A stretch of DNA of 64,000 nucleotides from Candidatus Bathyarchaeia archaeon (lineage in GTDB: Archaea > Thermoproteota > Bathyarchaeia > Bathyarchaeales > Bathycorpusculaceae): contig JBEKOM010000001.1 in NCBI GenBank assembly GCA_049521795.1, positions 128,001 through 192,000 of the forward strand. The letters run 5' to 3'. A model generated the notes under the pieces. The model was not told the origin of the DNA and made no database searches. It was given only the letters and a program-made list of their open reading frames with translations. Positions 30,485-40,759 of this stretch are shown here, in pieces (the first letter of the stretch is position 1; each line of letters begins with the position of its first letter). The position numbers and the translations under genes are program-made.

Positions 30485-30691
30485 CTATTTCTTCTTGCTC
30501 AAGTACCATTTCAGGTATTCTTTCTTCTGCTTCTGACGCTCTTCTTCCGCAGACTCCATGTTGGGTCTGAGTTTTTCCCTCAGTTCCATCAGTTCCTGCT
30601 GCGTCACAGAGAGCCCACAGCTCTTGCACACATAGTGCTTAGTGGCTATCATGTACTGCATTTCGCCGCCACATTCGGGACAATATGTCAT
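30485..30691 (-). CDS. Small zinc-ribbon protein
   Basis: CPECGG...CKSCG plus helix. Confidence 0.75.
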   Translation of the reverse strand: MTYCPECGGEMQYMIATKHYVCKSCGLSVTQQELMELREKLRPNMESAEEERQKQKKEYLKWYLSKKK

Positions 30692-30764
30692 TCTCGTTCA
30701 CTCGTTTCTGCGTCTAGAAATGAGGGCAGCTTGAGAAATACGTTTCGCTCTCGAAGAAGCAACT

Positions 30765-31856
30765 TCACGTTATGAAGTTTGTCAGATTTGCCTTCTTGGC
30801 CAGTTGAATAGCTCGGTCCATCTCGGCGCTTCTTAGCCTCCTACTTAAGTCTGGAAGCTCGCATGCACGCCACTCCGGTCTGTACTGGAACATGACGTTG
30901 ACCCTCGTTTCAGCGCCCAGATTCTCCGCTATCCAATTGATGATCGGCTTTGCACAGCACTCTAGATGATTTGGCAAGACAAGGATGCGCACCACGAGTT
31001 CTCCGAATCTCTTACCCTCCAAGTGATTGGAAGTACAAACTTCCCAGTAGCTCTGAGCGTCAGAGATCTTTTCTGCACAATCTCCCGGTCCGTATTTGAA
31101 ATCTGACAAGTAAACGTCGGCAAAGCCTGCTAACAGCTTGGCCGTCTCTGGGCTGTAATACGTGTTTGAGTTCCAGACAACCGGGACGTTGACGTCAACA
31201 CGCTTGAACGTGCCGAGCCATTGTTGAAGCCAAGGCGTTGGTTCTCCGCCTACGAGATTGATGTTCCTGCAACCGTTTAGGCGCAGTTGCTTCACCTCTT
31301 CGGCTAACGCGTCCAGCTCGTAGACTTCGCCTCTCTCCTCCCATTGAGAGATCGTCCAGTTTTGGCAGTGCTTGCAACGCATCGTGCAGCCCATCGTGAA
31401 AACGGTTCCTGAAGGCACAAGTTCAGGCTCTTCGCCCGTGTGCTCAAAAATGCTTGAAACCGCAATCTTTGAACCGCATCGACAATAGCCCAGCTGCCCC
31501 CTCCGCCTGTTGACCTGACACTTGCGTGTGCAAAAGTGGCAGGAAAGCAGAATTCTGTTTGCGATTTCAATTTTCAGGTCAAGATAAGACTTAATTGGAG
31601 TCGGCATCTTCGCCAGGCTTTGGTGGCTACAGTCAATTTCTTTTTCGATTTCGCAAAACTCTTGAGTGAGGCTTGCGTGTTTTTGCCAGAGCGTCTCAGT
31701 TGAATCGTTTTTACTGAATTCTGCGGGAAGCTTTTTGGCGATGGCGAATTTTGCAGGCTTCTCATTCTGCATGACGGCGAAGTATCTGGCCAGACTTTTC
31801 TTTGCTGATTCATCTCGGAGAACGGCAAGGGCATCTGGGCGAAGATGTCTCCACAT
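30765..31856 (-). CDS. PflX-like radical SAM protein
   Basis: CHFCTRKC, HTGEEPELVPSGT, CTMRCKHCQN (CxxxCxxC). Confidence 0.88.
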   Translation of the reverse strand: MWRHLRPDALAVLRDESAKKSLARYFAVMQNEKPAKFAIAKKLPAEFSKNDSTETLWQKHASLTQEFCEIEKEIDCSHQSLAKMPTPIKSYLDLKIEIANRILLSCHFCTRKCQVNRRRGQLGYCRCGSKIAVSSIFEHTGEEPELVPSGTVFTMGCTMRCKHCQNWTISQWEERGEVYELDALAEEVKQLRLNGCRNINLVGGEPTPWLQQWLGTFKRVDVNVPVVWNSNTYYSPETAKLLAGFADVYLSDFKYGPGDCAEKISDAQSYWEVCTSNHLEGKRFGELVVRILVLPNHLECCAKPIINWIAENLGAETRVNVMFQYRPEWRACELPDLSRRLRSAEMDRAIQLAKKANLTNFIT

Positions 31857-31889
31857 TTCTAGTCAGTCTTACTCTGCGCTTTGGATTTG

Positions 31890-32945
31890 TCAGAACAGGG
31901 CATAGGGAAGCGAGTGTCCGCTTGGGTGCAATGTACCCTTGATCGGGACGCTTTGTCCGCAGACGGGACAGCGCATGTCCTTGGTCAGATTCCACCGCGT
32001 GACCGCGAAGCTGTACCGTTTGATCAGCATTTCGTTGCAGTTTGGACAGTAGGTGTTCTCGTTTGGATGCCCTGGCACGTTTCCGATGTAAACGTAGTTT
32101 AATCCAGCTTCTTTCGCTGTCATGTAGGCCTTCTCTAATGTTTCGATCGGTGTTGCAGGGATTGAGGTTAATTGATAGTCAGGATGAAAACGCAGCAGGT
32201 GGAACGGTGTGTCCTTGCCGATTCCGTCTCTAATCCAGATTGCGAGCTCTTTTATTCTCTCTAGAGAATCTCCTGATTTCGGCACGATCAGGTTCGTGAT
32301 TTCAAGGTGGATGTTGTTCCTTCTCATCTCTTTCAGAGCCTCGAAAATCGGGGCAACCGAAGGAACCGCTGAAAAAGTCTTGTAGAATTCCGGGTCTCCA
32401 CCGCCTTTGAAGTCCACGGTTGCAGCGTCTAAATATGGTGCAATAGTCTTTACAGCCTCTGGCGTCATGTAACCGTTTGTCACAAACGTGTTGAAGAACC
32501 CGACTTCGTGTGCCAGCCTGGACGTGTCGTAAGCGTACTCGAAGAATATCGTCGGCTCCGTGTAAGTGTAGCTTATTCCCTGACAGTCGTTCTCTCTGGC
32601 AGTCTTAACAACCTCTTCAGGAGGAAGGCTGTTGCCCGCTATCTCCTTCTCTTGGCTGATCATCCAGTTGTCGCAGAACTGACAGCGGAAGTTGCAGCCC
32701 ACCGTAGCGATGGACATAACCATGGCCCCGGGGTTAAAGTGTGCCAACGGCTTCTTCTCCACAGGGTCCACGCCGGCAGATATTGCCTTGGCATAGTTAA
32801 GCGAAAAAAGAGTGCCGCTGTTGTTCTTTCTTACCAGACAGAAGCCTGCCCCTCCGTCATTTATGTGGCATCTTCTCGCACAAAGGTAGCAGTTGACTTT
32901 CTTGTCCTCCAATTTCTGGTAAAGCATCGCTTCGTGAAGTGACAT
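31890..32945 (-). CDS. amrS: AmmeMemoRadiSam system radical SAM enzyme
   Basis: DPVEKKPL.HF.PG, CNFRCQFCDN, YTYTEPTIFFE, RFHPDY, YVYIGNVPG. Confidence 0.88.
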   Translation of the reverse strand: MSLHEAMLYQKLEDKKVNCYLCARRCHINDGGAGFCLVRKNNSGTLFSLNYAKAISAGVDPVEKKPLAHFNPGAMVMSIATVGCNFRCQFCDNWMISQEKEIAGNSLPPEEVVKTARENDCQGISYTYTEPTIFFEYAYDTSRLAHEVGFFNTFVTNGYMTPEAVKTIAPYLDAATVDFKGGGDPEFYKTFSAVPSVAPIFEALKEMRRNNIHLEITNLIVPKSGDSLERIKELAIWIRDGIGKDTPFHLLRFHPDYQLTSIPATPIETLEKAYMTAKEAGLNYVYIGNVPGHPNENTYCPNCNEMLIKRYSFAVTRWNLTKDMRCPVCGQSVPIKGTLHPSGHSLPYALF

Positions 32946-33005
32946 TTGATTGTCCTCTTGAGCCTTCATTCAAATATGGACTTATGAAGTATAACATCTA
33001 TTCGT

Positions 33006-33590
33006 TCATTTTGTGTCTTTTTCTATCATTTCGAAGACCAACGGGGAAGAAGTGGTTTTCACGTCTAATTCTACATCAAGCAAACCCTCCAGCAGGCCAG
33101 CCCAAATCTCAGATTCGCCTATGAAAGGCGTTTTTATAAGAAGGTACTTGTCCTTCAGGTAGAAATCACCAAAGCCCTGCACCCGCAAGCGCTTGAAAAC
33201 ATCCGACCATTTCTCCCTGTCCTCTGTTCGTAGTCCCAGTGTGGTTTCAATCGACACCTTTGTGGCTTCACCCATTCTTCTGCCGATTTCGCGCCATTTC
33301 TCCCGCGGAGTGTTTTGGATCAAGATGTTGAGCAGTTCAACGTTCACGAAGGCTACGCGGCTGATGCCGCAGTAGTACTCGCCTGGAAAACGCCAATCGT
33401 AAATCATCATGCTCCTGTAGACATCCAGCATCTTAGAAATGAGAGGCTTGATACCAGGCTCCTTCCCCTCACGGATCAAGGAGTCGATAAACTCTCTTTC
33501 ATCTTTCTCAAGGATTATTGTTGTTCTCTTGGCTGAACTTCCGCCTTTCTTAACCATTTCTTCAAGTTTTTTCTCTTTGTCGTTCTCCAT
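33006..33590 (-). CDS. Hypothetical regulator-like protein (RHH-like N-terminus, V4R-like C-terminus)
   Basis: KRTTIILEKDER; IGRRMG...QGFG pattern; domain calls are inference. Confidence 0.6.
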   Translation of the reverse strand: MENDKEKKLEEMVKKGGSSAKRTTIILEKDEREFIDSLIREGKEPGIKPLISKMLDVYRSMMIYDWRFPGEYYCGISRVAFVNVELLNILIQNTPREKWREIGRRMGEATKVSIETTLGLRTEDREKWSDVFKRLRVQGFGDFYLKDKYLLIKTPFIGESEIWAGLLEGLLDVELDVKTTSSPLVFEMIEKDTK

Positions 33591-33655
33591 AACCGGTATA
33601 TCTCGCAGCATATTTTATATAATTTGCGTCCCTACAGAAGCATATTCAAACATAT

Positions 33656-34006
33656 TCACGCCCGAATCATCACCAAGAGCATCTTAAACCTTCGAGTCGC
33701 CCTCAACGCGTGCGGCTTATTTGCCGGCATCACAACCATTTCTCCTTCCTTCAGCGCAAAGGATTTGCCGGCCACGGTGACCTGCGCTTCTCCATCGACA
33801 ACGTAAATCAAAGCATCAAATGGAGGCTTATGCTCGCTCAGTCCTTCTTCCTTATCAAAAGCGAACAGCGTAACAGTCCCAGACTTCCTGTCGACAATTG
33901 CTCTACTCACAACGGAGCCTTTCTGATAAGTGATCAGATCAGCCATTCTTGTGGGCGCCATCAACCCAGCTTTCGAGACGTTCTTCCTGTTGTGCTGCAT
34001 TTCCAC
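33656..34006 (-). CDS. Cupin domain protein
   Basis: LSEH..P..A...DGEA...MPANKPHAL. Confidence 0.85.
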   Translation of the reverse strand: MEMQHNRKNVSKAGLMAPTRMADLITYQKGSVVSRAIVDRKSGTVTLFAFDKEEGLSEHKPPFDALIYVVDGEAQVTVAGKSFALKEGEMVVMPANKPHALRATRRFKMLLVMIRA

Positions 34007-34126
34007 ACCTTTGTTCTACTCATGCAACAGTGTTCAATTGACGTAATTGTGGTTCGCGAAAGTATATGTCTTGCTTAACTTCCTTCGACCGAACCGTTTT
34101 TAACGGGCCTCAGGCACCTTTAGACC

Positions 34127-34184
34127 TGCCGATGACGAGCCTCATTGTCTGAAAAGGGTGATGTACTCTAGGGTATCTGAGGCA
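34127..34184 (+). ncRNA. Box C/D guide sRNA
   Basis: Box C ATGACGA 34132-38, D' CTGA 34149-52, C' GTGATGT 34158-64, D CTGA 34177-80, terminal stem TGCC/GGCA, TTTTTAA about 25 nt upstream. Confidence 0.8.
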
Positions 34185-34198
34185 AAAACAGCCTGCGC

Positions 34199-34429
34199 TC
34201 AGGAAATGACTTTCTTCTTGATGAGGTACCACATCAACAATAGACCTAGAACCATGGCTCCTAACGCAAGCGCCGTCGAATAGAGAAAGCGCAACTTTGC
34301 AACAGAAATAAAAGCATAAGCCGCGTAAGGCGCTCCAAACAGCAAGAGGCCCATGACAAGCACGAGAAGCATTCTCCAGTACTTTGAGTTGAAGAATCCA
34401 GCTTTCGTTTTCTGCTTTTGTTCCGTCAA
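34199..34429 (-). CDS. Small two-TM membrane protein
   Basis: TTG start 34429; two hydrophobic helices. Confidence 0.6.
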   Translation of the reverse strand: MTEQKQKTKAGFFNSKYWRMLLVLVMGLLLFGAPYAAYAFISVAKLRFLYSTALALGAMVLGLLLMWYLIKKKVIS

Positions 34430-34473
34430 CCTTCGCTTTCGCCTCGATGAAAACTTAGAATCGATGTTTTCTC

Positions 34474-35118
34474 TTATAACCCTTCCTTTACCTCGTTGCC
34501 CAGAGCCTTCATCAGAAACTTGAACACGGTAAAACCTGCGCCTCGGTCTGCCTTGAAGCCCGTCGTTGCCCCCAGCAGGCACACACCTTCTAACCCCCGC
34601 TCCTTTGCAAGCCCCAACGTGAGACCCGTAGCCCCGACGACCCTGGCCTTGCTGTATATTACAGCGCCTTTCTCCATAAAATCCAGCGCAATTCTTGATG
34701 AAGTCGCCGCGACATACACCTGTGCCTTCTCGTCTTTGACGGGCGCTCCGCCCAGCGTTACAAGGAAGCTGCAGCCTCTCTTTTCGATGAAATCCAGCGT
34801 TTCACCGCAAAGAGCGTAATGCGCGACCACATCGTCGAAAGAGGGCTGCGTGTCACCTGTCATTATGATGAAATCGTTTTTTTCTGTAGGCGCGGCGTAG
34901 AACTCGTACCGCGGCAGATGACAGATCCCTTTTGAATTGATCGAGACATAGTCTGGGAAAGAGGGTGAATACAGCTCGGCAAAAAGCTTCGCTCCAGAGA
35001 ACTTCATCAACAGGTAAGCTGCAATCTTGCCAACGTTCCCGAACCCGGGAAGACCTTGCACAAAAATCGGATTCTTAAGGGTAGGACTTGTTGTCTGTCT
35101 GAGATAGGGTTTGTTCAA
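34474..35118 (-). CDS. PAC2-family proteasome assembly chaperone
   Basis: QGLPGFGNVGKIAA, TGDTQP, TLGG, CLLGAT. Confidence 0.85.
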   Translation of the reverse strand: MNKPYLRQTTSPTLKNPIFVQGLPGFGNVGKIAAYLLMKFSGAKLFAELYSPSFPDYVSINSKGICHLPRYEFYAAPTEKNDFIIMTGDTQPSFDDVVAHYALCGETLDFIEKRGCSFLVTLGGAPVKDEKAQVYVAATSSRIALDFMEKGAVIYSKARVVGATGLTLGLAKERGLEGVCLLGATTGFKADRGAGFTVFKFLMKALGNEVKEGL

Positions 35119-35270
35119 GCCTCAATGCACCAAACTCAATAGGTAAACATTGCGAGTCTAAAACGTTTCCGTCTTTCAAGCAACTTCAAAGAGACCCGAA
35201 AACTCTGGTCGTAAGCCAAATCTTTTTGGTAAAAGATTTAAGAGAGCAACCCTTCAGCATAAAAGAAAGC

Positions 35271-35392
35271 AGCGGGGTGGGGTAGCCAGGATTAACCCGC
35301 TGGGCTCATAAGAGCTCGAATGCTCTGAGGGACCCAGAGATAGCAGCAAGATCAAGCTGCCTCTAGCGGTTGTTCAAATCAACCCCCCGCTA
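35271..35392 (+). tRNA. tRNA-iMet(CAT) with two introns (35311-35331 at 37/38; 35342-35366 at 47/48)
   Basis: A1:U72, AGCGGGG/CCCCGCT acceptor stem, three G:C pairs in the anticodon stem, TTCAAAT loop; both introns form BHB motifs; mature length 76 nt. Confidence 0.93.
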
Positions 35393-35476
35393 TCAAACAG
35401 ACCTGTTGAAGATTTTCGCCCAAGAAAAAGAAAGTTGAAACTGAAAGGTCAGCGCGTCTTCTCTATGAATGGAATT

Positions 35477-35674
35477 CTAGGCTTTTCCTTTCTCTTCCTT
35501 CCCGAAGTATGTTGTCCATTTGAGCTTTCGTGCGTCTCTTCCAAACAGCAAAGAACTCTTTCTACATTTGCTTGAGCAGAACCACAAGACTGACCCATCG
35601 TTCTTGACGAACATCATGCCCGTGCCCGCTGGGAAATCGTTACCGCAGAATGAGCATCTCCTAGGTCTCGGCAT
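35477..35674 (-). CDS. rpl24e: 50S ribosomal protein L24e
   Basis: CSFCG...[11 protein letters not shown]...FCSSKC...LKWT. Confidence 0.95.
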   Translation of the reverse strand: MPRPRRCSFCGNDFPAGTGMMFVKNDGSVLWFCSSKCRKSSLLFGRDARKLKWTTYFGKEEKGKA

Positions 35675-35704
35675 GATGGGCATCCCCTGCGACCTGATTC
35701 AAAT

Positions 35705-35935
35705 TTATCTATTGATCTTCTTTGCTTCTCTCTCAGTTTCTCTGAGCATGAGAACGTCTTGAGCCCGAACTGGTCCCTTAACGTTCCGCGTTATGATGCG
35801 CCCTTTGTCTTTTCCTTCGAGAATTCTTATTCTGACCTGAGCGATTTCACCCGTCACACCTGTGCGCCCGATGACTTGAATTACCTCGGCCGGGGTAAGC
35901 TGCACATGCTCAGTCTCTCTTGCCTCTTTGCTCAT
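35705..35935 (-). CDS. rps28e: 30S ribosomal protein S28e
   Basis: IGRTGVTGE...[19 protein letters not shown]. Confidence 0.95.
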   Translation of the reverse strand: MSKEARETEHVQLTPAEVIQVIGRTGVTGEIAQVRIRILEGKDKGRIITRNVKGPVRAQDVLMLRETEREAKKINR

Positions 35936-36315
35936 CACTTTGCCCCGCTTTTGGCCTGCTCGATTCTTTCAACTATCTCCTTGACCAGTCCCGTGGCGTC
36001 TCCTTCTTTGACGATGCTTGCGGCGCCAGCAGGAACATCAATGCCTATCGCGGCCCCTATCTTCTCCTTGCTCGGGACGAAGACGTAAGGAATCTTCCTT
36101 TCCTCACACAAAAGAGGCAAGTGCGCGACAACCTCCGGCGGCTGTACATCCTCTGCCACAACCACAAGCTTGGCCTGAGCTCTTTCAATAGCCTTCGTCG
36201 TTTCGTTCGTGCCTTTCCTCACAGAGCCTGTTCTTGCGGCTATTTGCAGGGCTTCATAGGCCGCATCTGCAAGTTCCTTCGAAACCTCAAACTTCACATA
36301 AAACGGTTTGGACAT
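35935..36315 (-). CDS. rpl7ae: 50S ribosomal protein L7Ae
   Basis: [28 protein letters not shown]. Confidence 0.96.
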   Translation of the reverse strand: MSKPFYVKFEVSKELADAAYEALQIAARTGSVRKGTNETTKAIERAQAKLVVVAEDVQPPEVVAHLPLLCEERKIPYVFVPSKEKIGAAIGIDVPAGAASIVKEGDATGLVKEIVERIEQAKSGAK

Positions 36316-36707
36316 AGCCTCACCCTTCAAATGCACAGTCTAATCAACAGTCCTTATTTATGAAGGTTTCGACCTCTCGAAGTAACCTTCTGCCACGTCT
36401 TTTCATGATAAGCCCGACCCAGTCCGATACAGTGCGCTGAGAAAAAGTGTTTTGTCGTGCCAATGGACAAGGAGTCTTTCCCTTCAGGAAGGTTTTCACG
36501 CAAACCACACGCTTGGACAGTGAAAAGCTGACATCTGGAACGCGCAAGTCAAATTTCTGCCAAGATCACGATGATAACCAAGGTTAAAATCGGCTGTTGC
36601 AGGCCCGCTTTTAGAAAATGGCCGTGTTCCTAAAGTTTAGACGTAGAAAAGTTTAAATAGGCTGCTTGGCTGAAGCCTTTTGCTTTTCGTGAGGGGAAAA
36701 TTAAAAT

Positions 36708-36965
36708 TTGCAGAGACTAGGCCTAATCCTTCACATAAGCCCAAGTCGGAACATGATAGCGAAGGTTGAAAACATTCCGAGGATCGGCGAAACAGTCGTT
36801 GATGAAAACCTAAAACCCGTCGGAAAGGTTTTTGACATACTCGGTCCAGTGTCCTCGCCTTACGTTGCAATACGACCCACGGTGCATGGCCTTGAAAGAT
36901 TGATCAACAAACCGGTCTACGTGATCCCCTCAAGAAGGAGAAAGGAGAAAAACAAGTATGGATGA
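36708..36965 (+). CDS. gar1: H/ACA RNP protein Gar1
   Basis: [16 protein letters not shown]; directly upstream of tfb. Confidence 0.85.
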   Translation: MQRLGLILHISPSRNMIAKVENIPRIGETVVDENLKPVGKVFDILGPVSSPYVAIRPTVHGLERLINKPVYVIPSRRRKEKNKYG

Positions 36966-37932
36966 TAGTGACGAAGCTCAGGCAAACCCAGATTCGTCCG
37001 CATCGCCGCAGAACCCTGAGCAAGTGAAGATCCAGACCTGTCCGGAATGCCACAGCACAAGGCTCATGCGCGATTATGAATGTGCAGAAATCGTTTGTAT
37101 GAACTGCGGTTTCGTCCTGGCTGCGAAGATAACTGACAGGGGACCAGAGTGGAGAGCTTTCGACGATGAACAAAGAGCCAAGAGAACTAGGGTAGGCGCA
37201 CCGTTGACCTACACTATTCACGACAAAGGCTTGTCAACAATGATTGACTGGCACGACAGAGACGTTTATGGGAAAAGCCTATCGCCAGGACAGAAGGCGC
37301 AGGTTTACAGGCTCAGAAAATGGCAGCGTCGCATAAGGGTTTCAGACGCAACGGAACGTAACCTTGCCTTCGCATTGTCCGAAATCACGAAGATTGCCAA
37401 CAACCTGAACCTTCCCAAGAGCATTCTTGAAACAGCTTCGGTCATCTACCGAAAGGCCGTCAAAGAGAGGCTCATAAGAGGAAGGTCCATTCAAGGCGTA
37501 ACCGCAGCAGCAATCTATTTGGCCTGCAGACAGTGTTCGCTGGCTAGAACATTGGAGGAGATAGCGCAAGCTTCGAGTGTGAACAAGAAGGAGGTCGGAC
37601 GGAGCTACCGCTTTCTAATCAAGGAACTGAACTATTCGATACCGCCCCTGAGACCAAGCCAGTACATCACAAAGTTCTCAAATCAACTAACGATGCAGGG
37701 AAAGGTAGAAGAGATCGCCCACAAAATCCTAGGAGCAGCAAAAGAACTCAAACTGACCTCAGGCCGAGGCCCCACGGGCATCGCAGCAGCAGCAAGTTAC
37801 ATTGCCTCTGTACTGACCGGCGAAAGAAAAACACAGAGAGAAATAGCCGAGATAGCGCAGGTAACCGAGGTCACCATTCGAAACAGGTACAAAGAACTTG
37901 TTGAACGACTAATGTTCCACATGACCATCTAA
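36958..37932 (+). CDS. tfb: Transcription initiation factor IIB
   Basis: Zn ribbon, GPEWRAF, two cyclin repeats, [13 protein letters not shown]. Confidence 0.97.
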   Translation: MDDSDEAQANPDSSASPQNPEQVKIQTCPECHSTRLMRDYECAEIVCMNCGFVLAAKITDRGPEWRAFDDEQRAKRTRVGAPLTYTIHDKGLSTMIDWHDRDVYGKSLSPGQKAQVYRLRKWQRRIRVSDATERNLAFALSEITKIANNLNLPKSILETASVIYRKAVKERLIRGRSIQGVTAAAIYLACRQCSLARTLEEIAQASSVNKKEVGRSYRFLIKELNYSIPPLRPSQYITKFSNQLTMQGKVEEIAHKILGAAKELKLTSGRGPTGIAAAASYIASVLTGERKTQREIAEIAQVTEVTIRNRYKELVERLMFHMTI

Positions 37933-38033
37933 CACCATCCCTCCCTTTTTTCTTAACATCAACAGCGCGTTTCATGCTTTTCTACGAAACAGATTTTAGA
38001 CGCAGCACGCGATAAATCATTCGGGGAATCTGC

Positions 38034-38459
38034 TTGGTCAACTGCCCAAAATGCGGCTGCGAAGTGGCCGCGCCTGTCAAAACTTGGCCGATTCCCTCTC
38101 GTGCACCCTTGAAAAAAGGTGAAAAAGTCAAACTTGCTGCCATATTTGAATGCCCCAGTTGCAAGGCCAGGTTCAGATCGGCCGTTGAACACGAAACGAA
38201 AATTCAACAGACAGCAAGTATTAAAAATATGGTGGGAAGAATTAAGGGCATCAAGGAAGAACTCATGCAGACACTCACGAATCTCCGCGAGAAGATAAAA
38301 ACTCTGGAGACAGAACGGGCAAACCTCATGGGCGAGATAGAAAACCTGAGAAAAGTTGCAGAGTCTAGAGCGGACGCCCTTGAAAACGAAGTGAGTGGGC
38401 TCAGAGAAGAAGTGAGATCTCTCAGAGACCTTTTGGGAAATTCGGAAAAAGAAAAATAG
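38034..38459 (+). CDS. Cren7-like zinc-ribbon domain fused to a coiled coil
   Basis: CPKCG..PVKTW..P...K..KVKLAAIFECPSC..RFR followed by heptad repeats. Confidence 0.65.
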   Translation: MVNCPKCGCEVAAPVKTWPIPSRAPLKKGEKVKLAAIFECPSCKARFRSAVEHETKIQQTASIKNMVGRIKGIKEELMQTLTNLREKIKTLETERANLMGEIENLRKVAESRADALENEVSGLREEVRSLRDLLGNSEKEK

Positions 38460-38482
38460 AAAAACCGCTTCTCACGGTTTTT
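38460..38482. terminator. Hairpin with A/T tracts between convergent genes
   Basis: AAAAACCG-N7-CGGTTTTT. Confidence 0.45.
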
Positions 38483-38508
38483 GACTTGAAGACCAGATAT
38501 TTCTGCGG

Positions 38509-38901
38509 CTAAGCCACCAGGACTTTCTTGTAGAATTCCTGCGCAACGGCCACCGCTTTCTCAGGGTTTTTCAATATCACGTATTGTCGACCTGTGACTC
38601 TTGCTGCATCAGTGTAATGTTCAACGACTTTCTTCACGTTTCCCTCGTAGATCGCTAGCCCCCCAGCGACCTCATACCACATCCCAGCCCTTGCCATGTC
38701 CCCGTCTTTTTCACTCTTCTTAGCGTTGTCAGCCGCCTGCTTCAAAGAAGTCTCGACCTTCCTAGGGTCGAGAAACATAGTTGAACATAGTGCTTCGTAG
38801 GTTTCCTTGTCGTTCCCAGTAAGCTGTTCAAGTTCCGAAACCTTCTTCTCATGTTCAACATCAGATTTCTTTTCTTCTCTTCTTCTTCTGAACCTTTGCA
38901 A
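38509..38901 (-). CDS. Helical hypothetical protein
   Basis: 130-aa ORF with SD GGAGG. Confidence 0.7.
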   Translation of the reverse strand: MQRFRRRREEKKSDVEHEKKVSELEQLTGNDKETYEALCSTMFLDPRKVETSLKQAADNAKKSEKDGDMARAGMWYEVAGGLAIYEGNVKKVVEHYTDAARVTGRQYVILKNPEKAVAVAQEFYKKVLVA

Positions 38902-38986
38902 GCTAAACCTCCGCTTGGAATACCTTCAATTTTGGACTAGTATACAATAGTTAATCTTAAAGGTTTGTCTCTCCACAAGCTATGGT

Positions 38987-39601
38987 ATGCCATACAAGTT
39001 CACGTTTGATCTTTCAAAAATCCCGCGTTTCTTCTTCACCGAGATAGCTAAGGCCAGCTATCAAAAGGGCATGAATAAACAGGTTAGCAAGACAGCACAA
39101 GAGATCATAAGAAAATTCAAGATAGAAGAGGCAACAGGCCTCAACTTGTACGACGCTGTAACCCTTCTAGAAGACTTGATGGATGCACAAGCAAGAAACC
39201 TCATCGAAAGAGAAAAATTCGTTCAAACAAAAAGGAGAGCCTTGTTCTTGCCTCACTGTTCCAGGAAGTTTATGGACAACAGATGCGGGGCGTCCTTCGA
39301 CCCGAGCATCCCCTCTTACGTATGCGTCCATTGCTCATCAGACTGCCCTGTAGGAAGAGCGGTTCTTTTCGGCCAGAAGAAAGGCTATGACGTGTACATC
39401 CTGCCAGGAGGTTCGTGCATTCCGAAGATTCTGAAGGCCAAGCAGTATGAAGGCGTCGTGGGAGTTGCTTGTGGCGAAGAAGTGAGACTCGGAGGAGACG
39501 TGTTGAAAGCCATGAACGTCGTTGGCCAGCACGTTCCACTGATAAAAAATGGATGCGCCAACACTGCTTTTAACATTGAAACGCTGTTCAACGTTCTGTA
39601 A
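38987..39601 (+). CDS. DUF116 family protein
   Basis: FLPHC, C..C..C, PGGS, GVAC. Confidence 0.82.
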   Translation: MPYKFTFDLSKIPRFFFTEIAKASYQKGMNKQVSKTAQEIIRKFKIEEATGLNLYDAVTLLEDLMDAQARNLIEREKFVQTKRRALFLPHCSRKFMDNRCGASFDPSIPSYVCVHCSSDCPVGRAVLFGQKKGYDVYILPGGSCIPKILKAKQYEGVVGVACGEEVRLGGDVLKAMNVVGQHVPLIKNGCANTAFNIETLFNVL

Positions 39602-39622
39602 GAGAACAGAAAACAGCGAAGA

Positions 39623-39784
39623 CTACTTCACGATTTCTCTTTTCTTCCACCGCAAGTTCTTTGCATGACACTTTCTGCACTTTGTGGCGGTTGCTGCGTT
39701 CCTTGCGCCGCAGTCACGGCATATTTTCATGTACAACCTGTGCTTCTGAGCCAGTGCCTTCTTCAGCGGATCCAATATTGGCAT
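39623..39784 (-). CDS. rpl40e: 50S ribosomal protein L40e
   Basis: [10 protein letters not shown]...ATKCRKC..KNLRWK. Confidence 0.93.
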   Translation of the reverse strand: MPILDPLKKALAQKHRLYMKICRDCGARNAATATKCRKCHAKNLRWKKREIVK

Positions 39785-39869
39785 TTTCTCGTCCCACTTT
39801 TCGGAGGCTAACACTCACACGGTTCAGTGTCAAATATACTTTTTGTTCCCCTCGACAACGTTGGCTACT

Positions 39870-40745
39870 CTATGATACCAACCTTTTTGCCAACAGTTCA
39901 GGTACGTCACCCGGTTTCTCAGCGACTGCAACGCCGGCTTCCTTGAAAGCTTCAATCTTGCTTTCAGCCGTTCCTGCTTTGCCCATAACTATCGCTCCTG
40001 CATGGCCCATGCGTTTTCCCGGCGGAGCCGAACGACCAGCCACGAATGCTACAACGGGTTTCGAGTATTTTTCCGTCGCAATGTACTTTGCCGCCAGCTC
40101 TTCAAGGTTGCCGCCGATCTCACCTATCAAAACCACAGCTCTTGTTTGAGGGTCCTTCGCGAACATCTTCAGGGCGTCTGTGAAGTTTAGCCCTGTTATT
40201 GGGTCTCCTCCAAGACCGAGACACGTCGACTGACCTAAGCCTTTCCTCGTCAAACCGGCAGCTATTTCATAAGTGAGGGTACCGCTCCTGGAAACCATGC
40301 CCACGCTGCCAGACGTGAAGATGTGTGAAGGCATGATGCCAAGCTTGCAGGCTCCAGGCGTTATTATGCCAGGAGTGTTCGGACCAATTATCCTTGCCTT
40401 CTTCTGACTCGCATAGGCCATGATTTCGATAGCGTCTCTTATCGGGATGTGTTCGGTTATTATCACGACCGTTCTTATGCCGTTGTCAAGCGCTTCAAGC
40501 GCTGCGTCTGCTGCAAACGGCGCCGGCACAAAGATTATCGAAGCGTTGGCACGACGTTTTTCCTGGGCTTCCTCAACGGTGTCGTAGACTGGAACGCCGT
40601 GCACTTCCAATCCTCCCTTCCCAGGCGAGGTGCCGCCAACTATTCTTGTTCCACAGTCGATCATGAGCTTAGTGTGGAAACTTCCTTGAGATCCGGTTAT
40701 ACCTTGAACGATTGCCCGTGTGTTCTTGCCAATTATTATTGCCAA
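39870..40745 (-). CDS. sucD: Succinyl-CoA synthetase alpha subunit
   Basis: [29 protein letters not shown]. Confidence 0.95.
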   Translation of the reverse strand: MAIIIGKNTRAIVQGITGSQGSFHTKLMIDCGTRIVGGTSPGKGGLEVHGVPVYDTVEEAQEKRRANASIIFVPAPFAADAALEALDNGIRTVVIITEHIPIRDAIEIMAYASQKKARIIGPNTPGIITPGACKLGIMPSHIFTSGSVGMVSRSGTLTYEIAAGLTRKGLGQSTCLGLGGDPITGLNFTDALKMFAKDPQTRAVVLIGEIGGNLEELAAKYIATEKYSKPVVAFVAGRSAPPGKRMGHAGAIVMGKAGTAESKIEAFKEAGVAVAEKPGDVPELLAKRLVS

Positions 40746-40759
40746 AGCCAGTTGCCTTC

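Noticed and set aside
36403-36439. Second box C/D sRNA (ATGATAA...CCGA...CTGA)
   Set aside because: No C' box, second guide or terminal stem.
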